From an uncultured Acidobacteriota bacterium (GTDB taxonomy: Bacteria > Acidobacteriota > Thermoanaerobaculia > Multivoradales > UBA5704), in assembly GCA_963770895.1 (NCBI GenBank), contig CAVYRF010000002.1, positions 2,208,001 to 2,272,000 on the forward strand: a stretch of DNA of 64,000 bases, given 5' to 3'. Numbering within the stretch: the stretch's first letter is position 1; every line of letters begins with the position of its first letter. Below the pieces are notes generated by a model. It saw only the letters and a list, made by a program, of their open reading frames with translations. It had not been told where the DNA came from and did not search any database. Made by a program: the position numbers and the translations under genes. Shown piece after piece: positions 52,853-62,328 of this stretch.

Positions 52853-53938
52853 ATGAAGCGTCATCCCAAGCCTGTCATTTTGGCACTCGTCGCCCTGTTG
52901 CCGGTGGGGCTCGTCGCCGCCGCGGCGTTCGTCACCGTCGCGGTCCCCTCCCAGGCGACACCGGCCGCCGCCGTGGCAGCCCCCGGCAATGCCGGCGGTC
53001 TGCACGGCAAGGCCGTCGCGATCGAACCGATCAAGGACGTCGGGTCCGTCGCCAAGGGCGACAAGGTGACGCAGGACTTCGAGATCCGCAATGACGGCAC
53101 GGTGCCGCTCAAGATCGTCGACGTCAAGCCCGCCTGCGGCTGCACGGTCGCCAGCTTCGACAAGACGATCGCGCCCGGCAAGACCGGCAAGGTGCACGTG
53201 GTGGTCGACACGGTGAGCTTCAACGGCCCCATCTCCAAGGGGGTCACCGTCTACACCGACGACCCCACCAATGCCGAGATCGATCTCACCGTGAGGGTCA
53301 AGGTGGAGCCCTTCATCGTGGTGCAGCCGGGCTACGCCCGCTACGTCACGGTGCGCGGCGAATCCAAGGAAGGCACCATCGTCCAGACGCTGTGGGCCCC
53401 CGACGGGCTGCCGATGGACGTGGTCAAGGTGGACTCGCCGTTCCCCTACCTGACGGTGAGCTTCCGCGAGGCGCAGGAGGGCGAGCGGGTCAAGGACGTG
53501 AAGGTCAAGCAGTGGCGCGTCGAATCCCTGCTGTCCAACGAAGCGCCGGTCGGCCCGCTGGCCGGCATGGTGGTGGTCCATACCACCCATCCCAAGCAGA
53601 AAGAGGTGGACATCCCGATCACCGGCTTCGTGCGGCCGATCATCGCGGTGACCCCGCCCAAGGGCGACTTCGGCCAGATCGAGGTCAAGGAGCCGCTGCG
53701 CCGGGTGCTCGAGGTGAAGACCTTCTCGACCGAACCGATCAAGCTGCTGGGCATCGACCCGATCGGCAAGGGAATCGAAGCCAAGCTGGAACCGGTGGAA
53801 GAAGGCCGGCGCTACGAAGTGCGGCTGACCCTCAACCCCGACATGCCCAAGGGGCCGTTCCACGACAAGCTCACCATCCACACCGACAGCGCCAAGTCGC
53901 CGGTGGTCGAAGTGGAGCTGTCCGGCACCGTCCTGTAG
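52853..53938 (+). CDS. DUF1573 domain Ig-like exported protein
   Basis: Signal peptide; FEIRNDG...VKPACGCT...IAPGKTG. Confidence 0.85.
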   Translation: MKRHPKPVILALVALLPVGLVAAAAFVTVAVPSQATPAAAVAAPGNAGGLHGKAVAIEPIKDVGSVAKGDKVTQDFEIRNDGTVPLKIVDVKPACGCTVASFDKTIAPGKTGKVHVVVDTVSFNGPISKGVTVYTDDPTNAEIDLTVRVKVEPFIVVQPGYARYVTVRGESKEGTIVQTLWAPDGLPMDVVKVDSPFPYLTVSFREAQEGERVKDVKVKQWRVESLLSNEAPVGPLAGMVVVHTTHPKQKEVDIPITGFVRPIIAVTPPKGDFGQIEVKEPLRRVLEVKTFSTEPIKLLGIDPIGKGIEAKLEPVEEGRRYEVRLTLNPDMPKGPFHDKLTIHTDSAKSPVVEVELSGTVL

Positions 53939-54024
53939 CAGCGCCCTTTTCCACCCTGAGAGCAGACTGCCCGCCGGCGCCGGTGCCTTTTACCGCGCGC
54001 CGGCGCCGCTGCGCCGTCGACGGA

Positions 54025-54852
54025 CTACGGCGGGCCCCACAGCTCGCTTTCCCGCTTGGGCGGCGCCTGCCGCCGCTGGCCGCGGGCGCGCACCTCCGCC
54101 ACCGCCGCCATGGTCGGTTGCAGCGCGGCGCGCTGCACCGCCACCAGCTGCGCGATGCCGCCGAACGCCAGGTCGAGCAGGGAGTCCATCTCCTGGCGCT
54201 GGAAGCTGCGCCGCTCGCCGGTTCCCTGCACCTCCACCAGCGCGCCGCCGGCGGTCGCCACGACGTTCATGTCGACTTCGGCTTCGCGGTCCTCTTCGTA
54301 TTCCAGGTCGAGCGCCGCGGCGCCGCCCACGATGCCGACCGAAACCGCCGCCAGCTCGTCGGTCAGCGGCCAGCTCTTGATGTCGTCCGCCAGCAGCATG
54401 CGGCCGCAGGCGATCGCCAGGGCGACATAGGCGCCGGTGATCGCCGCGGTGCGGGTGCCGCCGTCGGCTTGCAGCACGTCGCAGTCCAGGGTGATGGTGC
54501 GGTCGGCGATGGCGGCGCCGTCGACCACCGAGCGCAAGCTGCGCCCGATCAGGCGCTGGATCTCGGCGGTGCGGCCGGAGGGACGTCCCTGGGTGACCTC
54601 GCGCGCCGTCCTGGTGTGGGTGGCGCGCGGCAGCATCGAGTATTCGGCGGTGACCCAGCCGCGGCCGGATTCCTTGAGAAACGCGGGCACGCGGTTGTCG
54701 ACGCTGGCCGCGACCAGCACGCGGGTCTGGCCGAGCTCGATCAGCGCCGATCCTTCGGCAAACTGGAGCACGTCGATGGTGATGCTGCATGGGCGCAGGG
54801 CGTCGAAGGCGCGGCCGTTGCCGCGGCGAAGTGGCGTTGTCGGCGAAGTCAT
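54025..54852 (-). CDS. rph: Ribonuclease PH
   Basis: GWVTAEYSMLPRAT, EIQRLIGRSLR, CDVLQADGGTRTA, VEVQGT. Confidence 0.97.
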   Translation of the reverse strand: MTSPTTPLRRGNGRAFDALRPCSITIDVLQFAEGSALIELGQTRVLVAASVDNRVPAFLKESGRGWVTAEYSMLPRATHTRTAREVTQGRPSGRTAEIQRLIGRSLRSVVDGAAIADRTITLDCDVLQADGGTRTAAITGAYVALAIACGRMLLADDIKSWPLTDELAAVSVGIVGGAAALDLEYEEDREAEVDMNVVATAGGALVEVQGTGERRSFQRQEMDSLLDLAFGGIAQLVAVQRAALQPTMAAVAEVRARGQRRQAPPKRESELWGPP

Positions 54853-54901
54853 GGGCGCATTGTAGCGGACCGGCTGCCACCTGTCCGTCGCACCGCACGA
54901 C

Positions 54902-54928
54902 TCATCCGAATCCGCGGCGACCCACGTA
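54902..54928 (+). promoter_or_regulatory. Candidate ECF (SigK-like) promoter TCATCC-N17-CGTA
   Basis: Lies about 35 bp before the DUF4331 start; resembles CATCC/CG(A/T)A ECF elements; cognate sigma candidate is downstream. Confidence 0.4.
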
Positions 54929-54963
54929 CAGTGGATGGACAGATGAGAGAGGAGACCTAAAAC

Positions 54964-56478
54964 ATGCAGCGCACGATGCGAGCAACCCTGCTGGCCGTTA
55001 CGGCCGCCGCCACCATCCTGGTGGGGGTGCCGGCCCAGGCATCCAGCCACCGCGAAGCGCCGGGTATTACCAAGATGCCCAAGGTGGATGGCACCGACTT
55101 TTACATGTTCAACAGCTACGAGGCGGGCCGGCAAGGCTATGTCACGTTCCTTGCCAACTACGTGCCGCTGCAGGATTCGTACGGCGGCCCCAACTTCTTC
55201 ACCCTGGACCCTGACGCGCTGTATCGCATTCACATCGACAACACCGGCACCGGCGTCGAATCGCTCACGTTCGAATTCCGCGTCAACCAGGCGTTCAACA
55301 ACATTTCACTGCCGGTCGGCGGCCAGACGGTTTCGGTGCCGTTCGTCAACGTCGGCCAGATCAGCGCCGGGCCCGGCGGCACCGCCGCGCAAAACGTTCA
55401 GGAAACCTATACGGTCAAGGTGATCACCGGCCCGATCTCCGCCCCGACATCGATCAAGTATGCGACCGATGGCGCCACCGGCTCGACGCGCTTCGTCAAG
55501 CCGATCGACAACATTGGCAACAAGTCGGTCCCCAACTACCACGATTACGCCGCCAGCTTCATCCGCACGATCAACATCCCGGGCTGCTCCAGCGCCGGCC
55601 GCGTCTTTGTCGGCCAGCGTCACGACGGCTTCGCCGTCAACCTGGGCGAAGTGTTCGACCTGGTCAACATCGCCAATCCCCTGGGCGCCCGCGATGCCGA
55701 GCCCAATAGCCTGGTCGACAAGAACGTCACCACCTTTGCGTTGGAGGTGCCGGCGAGCTGCCTGGTCAGCAAGTCCAGCGCGATCATCGGCGCCTGGACC
55801 ACGGCCTGGCTGCCGCGCGACCGCGTGCTGGTGGAAGCCCCTGATTTCCGCGATGCCAACCAGACCGGTCCTTACATTCAGGTGTCGCGCTTGAGCGCGC
55901 CGCTGGTCAACGAGCTGGTCATCGGCCTGGCCGACAAGAACAAGTTCAACGGCAGCTCGCCCAACAACGACGCGCAGTTTGCCACCTACGTCACCAATCC
56001 GACGCTGCCCGCGGTCTTGCAGCTGCTGTTCGGCGCGGCCGGCGTGCAGGCGCCCACCAACTTCCCGCGCACCGACCTGGTGGCGGCGTTCCTGACCGGC
56101 ATCACCGGCCTCAACCAGCTCGGCGGACCGAGCGAGGAGATGCGGCTCAACACCTCGATCCCCGCCACCGCCGCCGCGTCGCAGAACAACCTGGGCGCCT
56201 TGGGCGGCGACAACGCCGGCTTCCCCAACGGCCGTCGCCCCGGTGACGACGTGGTCGACAGCGAGCTGCGGGTCGCCATGGGCGCTCTGTGCGTCGCCTT
56301 CCCCGGCGTCTATTGCAAGCCTGCCGACGCTCCCTCGGGAGCCCTGCCGTTCACCGACGGGACGCTCAACGACGTGAGCCAGTTCGACACCACGTTCCCG
56401 TACTTGACCGACCCGTTCCCGGGCTCTCCGAACGGTCCTTTGGGGCCCAACGGCAACGGGCTGCAGAACCCCAACTAA
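54964..56478 (+). CDS. DUF4331 family secreted protein
   Basis: ASSHREAP, D.TDFYMF, QVSRL..PLVNE, GFPNGRRPGDDVVD, FPYL. Confidence 0.92.
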   Translation: MQRTMRATLLAVTAAATILVGVPAQASSHREAPGITKMPKVDGTDFYMFNSYEAGRQGYVTFLANYVPLQDSYGGPNFFTLDPDALYRIHIDNTGTGVESLTFEFRVNQAFNNISLPVGGQTVSVPFVNVGQISAGPGGTAAQNVQETYTVKVITGPISAPTSIKYATDGATGSTRFVKPIDNIGNKSVPNYHDYAASFIRTINIPGCSSAGRVFVGQRHDGFAVNLGEVFDLVNIANPLGARDAEPNSLVDKNVTTFALEVPASCLVSKSSAIIGAWTTAWLPRDRVLVEAPDFRDANQTGPYIQVSRLSAPLVNELVIGLADKNKFNGSSPNNDAQFATYVTNPTLPAVLQLLFGAAGVQAPTNFPRTDLVAAFLTGITGLNQLGGPSEEMRLNTSIPATAAASQNNLGALGGDNAGFPNGRRPGDDVVDSELRVAMGALCVAFPGVYCKPADAPSGALPFTDGTLNDVSQFDTTFPYLTDPFPGSPNGPLGPNGNGLQNPN

Positions 56479-56589
56479 AGCGCCGGTCCATCGCCTTGCG
56501 CGTATGCTCCAAGTGTGTACGCGCAAGGTTGCAGATTGCCGGGGGCGCGCTTGCGATGAGCGCGCTCCCCGGCCGCTTCGGGAGATGAG

Positions 56590-57405
56590 ATGAAACGAAC
56601 CGTGACCCGCCTGGCTCTGGGGCTGGCCCTGCTGTCCACCGCCGGCGCCGCGGCCCACGACCTGTGGATCGAGCCTTCTTCCTTTCAGCCCGCTCCTGCC
56701 ACACGCGTCGGGGTGCGCCTGTTCATCGGCCAGCTTTTTCGCGGCGACACCTTTCCGCGCGACCCCCAATACATGCTGCGTTTTGCGGTGATCGGCGGCG
56801 GCGGCGAAACGGCGATTCCGGGCGTTCCCGATACCGATCCGGCCGGCTTCCTGATCGCCGGCAAGCCGGGTCTGTACGAATTGGTCTATACCAGCCGCCA
56901 CGGATCGGTGCAGCTGGAGGGCGAAAAATTCGAAAAGTACCTGGCCGAAGAGGGCCTGGAACCGATCAGTGCGGAGCGCGCGCGGCGCGGCCAGACTCGC
57001 TCAATCGCTAAAGAGATATACTCCCGGTGGGCAAAGTCGTTGATCGTGGTGGGCGGCAACGCCGGCACCGGCTACGACCGGGTGCTGGGACTGAAGCTCG
57101 AGGTGGTTCCCGAGCGCAATCCCTACGCTCTCGCCGCCGGCCAGCAGCTGCCGGTTCGCCTGCTGTACGAAGGTGCGCCGCTTGCCATGGCGAAGGTCGT
57201 GGCGCTGTCGAAGGACGACCCCTCGCGGCAGGTGTCGGCGCGAACCGACAAGCAGGGGCGCGTCCGCCTGACGCTCGATCGGCCCGGTGTGTGGATGGTG
57301 AAGGCGGTGCACATGATCGCGGCGCCCGCAGCTTCCGGCGCCGATTGGGAAAGTTTCTGGGCGTCGATCACCTTCGCGCTGCCGGCGCGGCCCATGCCGG
57401 CGTGA
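56590..57405 (+). CDS. DUF4198 family exported protein
   Basis: AHDLWIEP, LEVVPERNPY, RTDKQG, G.WMVKAVHM, WESFWASITF. Confidence 0.88.
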   Translation: MKRTVTRLALGLALLSTAGAAAHDLWIEPSSFQPAPATRVGVRLFIGQLFRGDTFPRDPQYMLRFAVIGGGGETAIPGVPDTDPAGFLIAGKPGLYELVYTSRHGSVQLEGEKFEKYLAEEGLEPISAERARRGQTRSIAKEIYSRWAKSLIVVGGNAGTGYDRVLGLKLEVVPERNPYALAAGQQLPVRLLYEGAPLAMAKVVALSKDDPSRQVSARTDKQGRVRLTLDRPGVWMVKAVHMIAAPAASGADWESFWASITFALPARPMPA

Positions 57406-57532
57406 TGCCTGTGGGCTGCGCACCGGCGCGCGTGGTGCGGCGGCAGCGCTCGGCAAGACGCCAGGCTTTGGGATGCGGCAGTTGCATTTTGTTTCAGGTG
57501 CAGCCAAGCTTGCAGTGATGGAGGCGTGAGAT

Positions 57533-58132
57533 TTGAAGCTTCCGAAAGAACCGGTGAAAGGCGACGCGGCCGAGGTCGAGGCGCAGGAGCGCGAAGAATC
57601 CTACCTGATCGGTAGGATCAGCGCCGGCGATCCGGACGCCTTTGCGCGGTTTTTCGATCGCCATTCGCAGGCTGTGCTCGGTCTGCTCTTCCGCGTTCTC
57701 GGCGCTCGCGGCGAAGCCGAAGAGGTATTGCAGGAAGTTTTCCTGCAAGTCTGGCGACAGGCCGACCGCTATCAACCGGACCGCTCGACTCCACGTGGAT
57801 GGGTGCTGATGTTGGCGCGCTCGCGGGCGCTCGACCGTCTGCGCCGGCGGGAAGCGCGCTCGCGGCGCGAACAGGAAGCGGCCGCCGAAGCGTCGTTCCC
57901 GCGCGTGGTGACGCCGACCGGCACGGATCGTCTCGAATCAGTCGAACGCAGTCATCAAATCAGCTCGGCACTTAATCTGTTGTCGCCCGAGCAACGTAAA
58001 TGTATTGAGCTGGCGTTCTTCGAAGGTCTGACCCACATACAGATCGCCGCGCGATTGGAAGCGCCGTTAGGTACGGTGAAGTCCCGAATTTTGTTGGGCA
58101 TGAATAAACTGAGACAAGCGCTGAGCACTTAG
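57533..58132 (+). CDS. ECF sigma-70 factor (SigK-like)
   Basis: AEEVLQEVFLQVW, ARSRALDRLR, LAFFEGLTH, PLGTVKSRI. Confidence 0.93.
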   Translation: MKLPKEPVKGDAAEVEAQEREESYLIGRISAGDPDAFARFFDRHSQAVLGLLFRVLGARGEAEEVLQEVFLQVWRQADRYQPDRSTPRGWVLMLARSRALDRLRRREARSRREQEAAAEASFPRVVTPTGTDRLESVERSHQISSALNLLSPEQRKCIELAFFEGLTHIQIAARLEAPLGTVKSRILLGMNKLRQALST

Positions 58133-58138
58133 AAACCA

Positions 58139-59314
58139 ATGGCCGCCAACCACACTCCCCGCCACGATGAGCTGCTGCCGGCGTACGCGCTGGGCGCTCT
58201 GGATGGGGACGATCTGCGCGAGCTCGAAGCTCACCTGTTTGCTGGTGGCTCGGCGTCTGCGGCGACGGCGGCAACAGCGGTCATCGCCTGTCCTGTTTGC
58301 CGCGCTGAGCTGCGGCAGCTTGCCAGCGACCTGGAGGGGCTTGCTCTGTTGGCCGCGTGGCCGCTTGCCGGCTCGACGCCGGCGGACACGCGGCAACCGG
58401 GTGCGGCGCTGGCGGCGCCAGCTGCGCCGGTCGCGCCAACGACGCAAGTGACGCCGGCAGCGGCGGTGACCGCGACGGCTCCGGCGGCTTCGGCGGTGCC
58501 AGCTCCGGCGGTCCCGCTGGCTTCCGACCTTGCCGCCACTCCCGCCACTCCCTCCACTCCCTCCACTCCCGCCACTCCCGCCACTCCCGCCACTCCCGCC
58601 AATACCACCATGGGTCCGGTGCCGTCCGCCGGCGATCTGGCCGCTTCGCTGGGCGATCTGCGCAGCCGGCTCCTGGCCCAGGTTGCCGCCGAGCCGCGGC
58701 CGCTCTCCTTTGCTTCGGCCGCGGGTCGGCGGCAGCAGCCCGCAGCCGCGGCGGCGCGGCCGGCGGGCCGTTCCGGCGCGATGCGCTTCCTGCAGGTTGC
58801 CGCCGGCGTGCTGTTGGTGGTCGGCACCTGGGGCATCGTGCGCCAGGCCAACATGGGTTCCGAGATCGAGCGCCTGCGCGGCGAGCGCGATCAGCTGGCC
58901 GTGCGCGCCTCGGCCCTGCAGCAGCGGATGGCCCAGGTGCAGGCGGAATCCGAGCGCCTGGCCAGCAGCATCTCGATCGTCACCGCGCCGGGCGTGCAGC
59001 AGGTCAGCCTGTCCGGCATGGGGACGGCGCAAAAAGCCACCGGCCGCACCTTTGTCAGCGAAGCCGAACACAAGGCGGTCTTCTATGCCTACCACCTGCC
59101 TCCCCTGGCAGCCAACAAGTCGTACCAGCTGTGGGTGATCGACAACGACGAACGGAAAATCTCCGTCGGCGTCATGCAGGTCGATCCCCGCGGCGAGGGC
59201 AGCGTCGTGGTCGACAAGCTGCTGCCCGTCGACAACATCCAGGGGTGGGTGGTGACCGTCGAGCCGCGCGGCGGCGTGCCGCAACCCACCGGCCCCATCG
59301 CCCTGGCAGGCTAA
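58139..59314 (+). CDS. RskA-family anti-sigma factor
   Basis: AYALGALD, HL...CPVC, TM segment, YQLWVI, VTVEPRGGVPQPTGP. Confidence 0.9.
   Translation: MAANHTPRHDELLPAYALGALDGDDLRELEAHLFAGGSASAATAATAVIACPVCRAELRQLASDLEGLALLAAWPLAGSTPADTRQPGAALAAPAAPVAPTTQVTPAAAVTATAPAASAVPAPAVPLASDLAATPATPSTPSTPATPATPATPANTTMGPVPSAGDLAASLGDLRSRLLAQVAAEPRPLSFASAAGRRQQPAAAAARPAGRSGAMRFLQVAAGVLLVVGTWGIVRQANMGSEIERLRGERDQLAVRASALQQRMAQVQAESERLASSISIVTAPGVQQVSLSGMGTAQKATGRTFVSEAEHKAVFYAYHLPPLAANKSYQLWVIDNDERKISVGVMQVDPRGEGSVVVDKLLPVDNIQGWVVTVEPRGGVPQPTGPIALAG
58535..58597 (+). repeat. Seven tandem copies of a 9-bp unit (G/T)CCACTCCC encoding (A/S)TP
   Basis: Read directly from the sequence; in frame within the anti-sigma gene. 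Confidence 0.9.
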
Positions 59315-59382
59315 CCTCACGGTGCAACGTCGCCCCCGCCGTCGAGGGCAAGCCAGGCGCTTTCGATGCGAACAGGACAGGC

Positions 59383-59589
59383 CACTGTGTCCCGGTCGGT
59401 TCATTCGCATACTATTCGGCTGTCTTCCGGTCCCTGGCTGTGTAACGACCTGCCGGAAGAGCCGGGACAGGCGATAGCCCCGGCCGCCTCCTCGGCATAG
59501 GTTGCGAGGATGCCTGCGTTGGCGCGCCTTGCCAGAGGACTGGATTGCAGCGCGACGACCATGCGAATTCATCGACCGGACCACCAGTG
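59383..59589. ncRNA. Candidate structured RNA (family unknown)
   Basis: Closing stem 59392-59410 with 59561-59579, enclosing three internal hairpins. Confidence 0.4.
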
Positions 59590-60681
59590 ACCTCCGGGGC
59601 GCGGCCGCCGGACCCTCCGCATCCGGGGAGCGCCTGGATCCCACCGGAGACCCCTTCTTCGTCGCCTTTACAGGCCTGGCCGTCGGCGCCGCCGTCCCTG
59701 CCGCCTCTGATTGCGGGGTTGCGGGCGCGCGCGCAGGGTTCGCTGGCAACCATCGCCCTGGCGGAGGGTGGCGATCCTCGGGTTGTCGCGGCGGCTGAGC
59801 GCGCGGCGGCGCTTGGCGTGTGCCGTCCCTGCCTGATCGGCACGCGGGAGGTGGCGGCGCGCGCCGCGGCGGCGGCCGGGGTCGCCCTGACGGTGCCGGT
59901 CGTGGCGCCCGTGCCGGACGCTGCCGAGCTGGAGTTCCTCAATCGGCGGCTGGCCCGCTTCTCGGTCGACCCGGCGTCGTATGCGCGCCTGGGGGCCGAC
60001 CCCTTGTACTATGCCGCCATGCTGGTCGCCATGGGGAAGCTGGACGGGGCGGTGATGGGCGCCGAAGTGACCACCGCGGAAACGCTGCGCGCGGCGCTGC
60101 GGGTGGTGGGGCCGCGGCCGGGTTTGCGGCTGGTGTCGTCATGCTTCCTGATGGCGCTGCCGGACGGCCGCTCCCTGGTGTACAGCGACTGCGCGGTGGT
60201 GCCGGACCCGACGCCCGAGCAGCTGGCGGACATCGCCCAAGCTGCCGCGGCCAGCTGCCGCGCGCTGCTCGGGGTGCCGCCGCGGGTGGCGCTGCTGTCG
60301 TTTTCGACGCACGGCAGCGCCCACCACCCGCGGGTCGAAAAGGTGCGGCGGGCGCTGGCGGTGCTGGCCGAGCGCCAGGTCGACTTCGCGGTGGACGGCG
60401 AGCTGCAGGCGGACGCCGCCCTGGTGCCGGAGGTTGCCGCCCGCAAGGCGCCGGGCAGCGCCGTGGCGGGCAACGCCAACGTCCTTGTCTTCCCGGACCT
60501 CGACTCGGGCAACATCTCTTATAAGCTGACCGAGCGGCTGGCCGGGGCGCGGGCGGTGGGGCCCTTGCTGCAGGGCCTCGACCGGCCCATTCACGACCTG
60601 TCGCGAGGCGCTTCGGTGGAGGACATCGTGGACGTGATGGCGGTGGCGGCGATCATGGCGCAAGACCGGAAGGCGGAATGA
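59587..60681 (+). CDS. pta: Phosphate acetyl/butyryltransferase
   Basis: [50 protein letters not shown]; start uncertain. Confidence 0.9.
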   Translation: MTSGARPPDPPHPGSAWIPPETPSSSPLQAWPSAPPSLPPLIAGLRARAQGSLATIALAEGGDPRVVAAAERAAALGVCRPCLIGTREVAARAAAAAGVALTVPVVAPVPDAAELEFLNRRLARFSVDPASYARLGADPLYYAAMLVAMGKLDGAVMGAEVTTAETLRAALRVVGPRPGLRLVSSCFLMALPDGRSLVYSDCAVVPDPTPEQLADIAQAAAASCRALLGVPPRVALLSFSTHGSAHHPRVEKVRRALAVLAERQVDFAVDGELQADAALVPEVAARKAPGSAVAGNANVLVFPDLDSGNISYKLTERLAGARAVGPLLQGLDRPIHDLSRGASVEDIVDVMAVAAIMAQDRKAE

Positions 60682-60721
60682 CGGTGCTGTCGAAAGAGCG
60701 GCAGGCGGAATGACGGTGCTG
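60671..60721 (+). repeat. 19-bp direct repeat AGGCGGAATGACGGTGCTG (two copies)
   Basis: Copies at 60671-60689 and 60703-60721, spanning the pta stop. Confidence 0.85.
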
Positions 60722-60741
60722 CCGGCAGGACGGAGGCCGGG

Positions 60742-62028
60742 ATGAAGGTGCTGGTGGTGGGGGCGGGCGCCCGCGAGCACGCACTGTGCTGGAAGCTGCG
60801 GCAGAGCCCGCTGCTCAAGGACCTGTACTGTGCTCCGGGCAACCCCGGCATCGCGCAGCTGGCGGACCTGGTGCCGGTGGCGGCGGAGGAGGTGCACCGC
60901 CTGGCCGATTTTGCATCGGAGCTGCGCATCGACCTGACCGTCGTCGGGCCCGAGCTGCCGCTGACGCTCGGCATCGCCGACGAGTTTTCCGGCCGCGGGC
61001 TGCCGATCTTCGCGCCGACCCAGCGGGCGGCTGAGATCGAGGGCAGCAAGGTGTTCGCCAAACAGTTCATGGAGCGCCACGGCCTGCCCACCGCGGCCTT
61101 CCAGGTGGCGCACACCGCGGTGGCGGCCCGCACCGCGGCGGCCGACTTCGGCTGGCCGGTGGTGCTGAAAGCCGATGGGCTGGCCGGCGGCAAAGGGGTG
61201 ACGATCGCCGCCGACCAGGCGGAGCTGGATGCGGCGCTGCGAGCGATCTTCGAGGAGCGCCGTTTTGGCGCCGGCGGCGATCGCGTGGTGGTCGAGCAGT
61301 TCCTGATCGGCGAAGAGGTCTCGTTCATGGCGCTGTGCGACGGCACCCGCCTGCTGCCGCTCGCTGTTGCCAAGGATTACAAGCGCCTGGGGGACGGCGA
61401 CAGCGGCCCCAACACCGGCGGCATGGGGAGCCACAGTCCCGGCGGCCTGCCGTCGGGAGAGGCCGCGGCGGACATCGTCGAAACCGTCATGCGCACCACG
61501 ATCAGCAGCCTGGCCGACGAAGGGCGCCCCTTTGTCGGCGTGCTGTACGCCGGCATGATCCTCACCGACGACGGCCCCAAGGTGCTGGAGTTCAACGCCC
61601 GGTTTGGCGATCCCGAGGCGCAGGTGCTGCTGCTGCGGCTGGAGGACGACCTGCTGCCGATCCTCGCCGCGGCCGCCGCCGGCGACTTCGACCAGTTTCG
61701 CCGCCTGCATTTCCGCAAGGAGGCCGCGGCCTGCATCGTCCTGGCCAGCCAGGGCTACCCCGGCCGCCCGGTGAGCGGCGAACCGCTGCTCGGCCTGGAG
61801 CGCGCCGCGGAGCTGGGAGCCGAAGTCTTCCACGGCGCCACCCGCAGCGGCCCGCGCGGCGAGCTGCTGAGCGCCGGCGGCAGGGTGCTGTCGGTCTGCG
61901 CCCTGGCGCCCGACCTGCTGGACGCCCTGCGCCGGGCCTACACCGCGGCCGCGGAAATCCACTGGCCGGCCAAAGTCTTCCGCCGCGACATCGGCCGCCG
62001 CGTCCTCGACCTGCCTGCGGCCTCGTAG
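60742..62028 (+). CDS. purD: Phosphoribosylamine-glycine ligase
   Basis: GAGAREHA, APGNPG, VVGPE, KADGLAGGKGV, GPNTGGMG, EFNARFGDPE. Confidence 0.97.
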   Translation: MKVLVVGAGAREHALCWKLRQSPLLKDLYCAPGNPGIAQLADLVPVAAEEVHRLADFASELRIDLTVVGPELPLTLGIADEFSGRGLPIFAPTQRAAEIEGSKVFAKQFMERHGLPTAAFQVAHTAVAARTAAADFGWPVVLKADGLAGGKGVTIAADQAELDAALRAIFEERRFGAGGDRVVVEQFLIGEEVSFMALCDGTRLLPLAVAKDYKRLGDGDSGPNTGGMGSHSPGGLPSGEAAADIVETVMRTTISSLADEGRPFVGVLYAGMILTDDGPKVLEFNARFGDPEAQVLLLRLEDDLLPILAAAAAGDFDQFRRLHFRKEAAACIVLASQGYPGRPVSGEPLLGLERAAELGAEVFHGATRSGPRGELLSAGGRVLSVCALAPDLLDALRRAYTAAAEIHWPAKVFRRDIGRRVLDLPAAS

Positions 62029-62328
62029 CCCGAGTCAGCCGTCCGGGCGAATCGCTCAGCCGCCTGGCCGGCTGGAGCCGGCGGAGCCGCCGCTACCTGT
62101 GGCAATCCGGTTCGACGGGTTCCGCGAAGCAAGGGCGGCGCGCCTGGCAAGGTCGGTCGTGGGAAAAAAAGAAACACCTGGGGGGTGCTGTGGGCGGTTG
62201 TGTCTTGTGCCCCGCGGTGGGCGGGTCGGGGCCGGCAGGTGCGGGGGTGGGGGCGTGATAACGTTTGGCTTGGTACTCATCCTGCATAGGCAGCTTTTGC
62301 CGTTATGGATGGAATGGACTAGCCAACT

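Noticed and set aside
59320-59590. ZMP/ZTP riboswitch, SRP or 6S RNA upstream of pta-purD
   Set aside because: Diagnostic conserved motifs not found; kept only as an unclassified structured RNA candidate.
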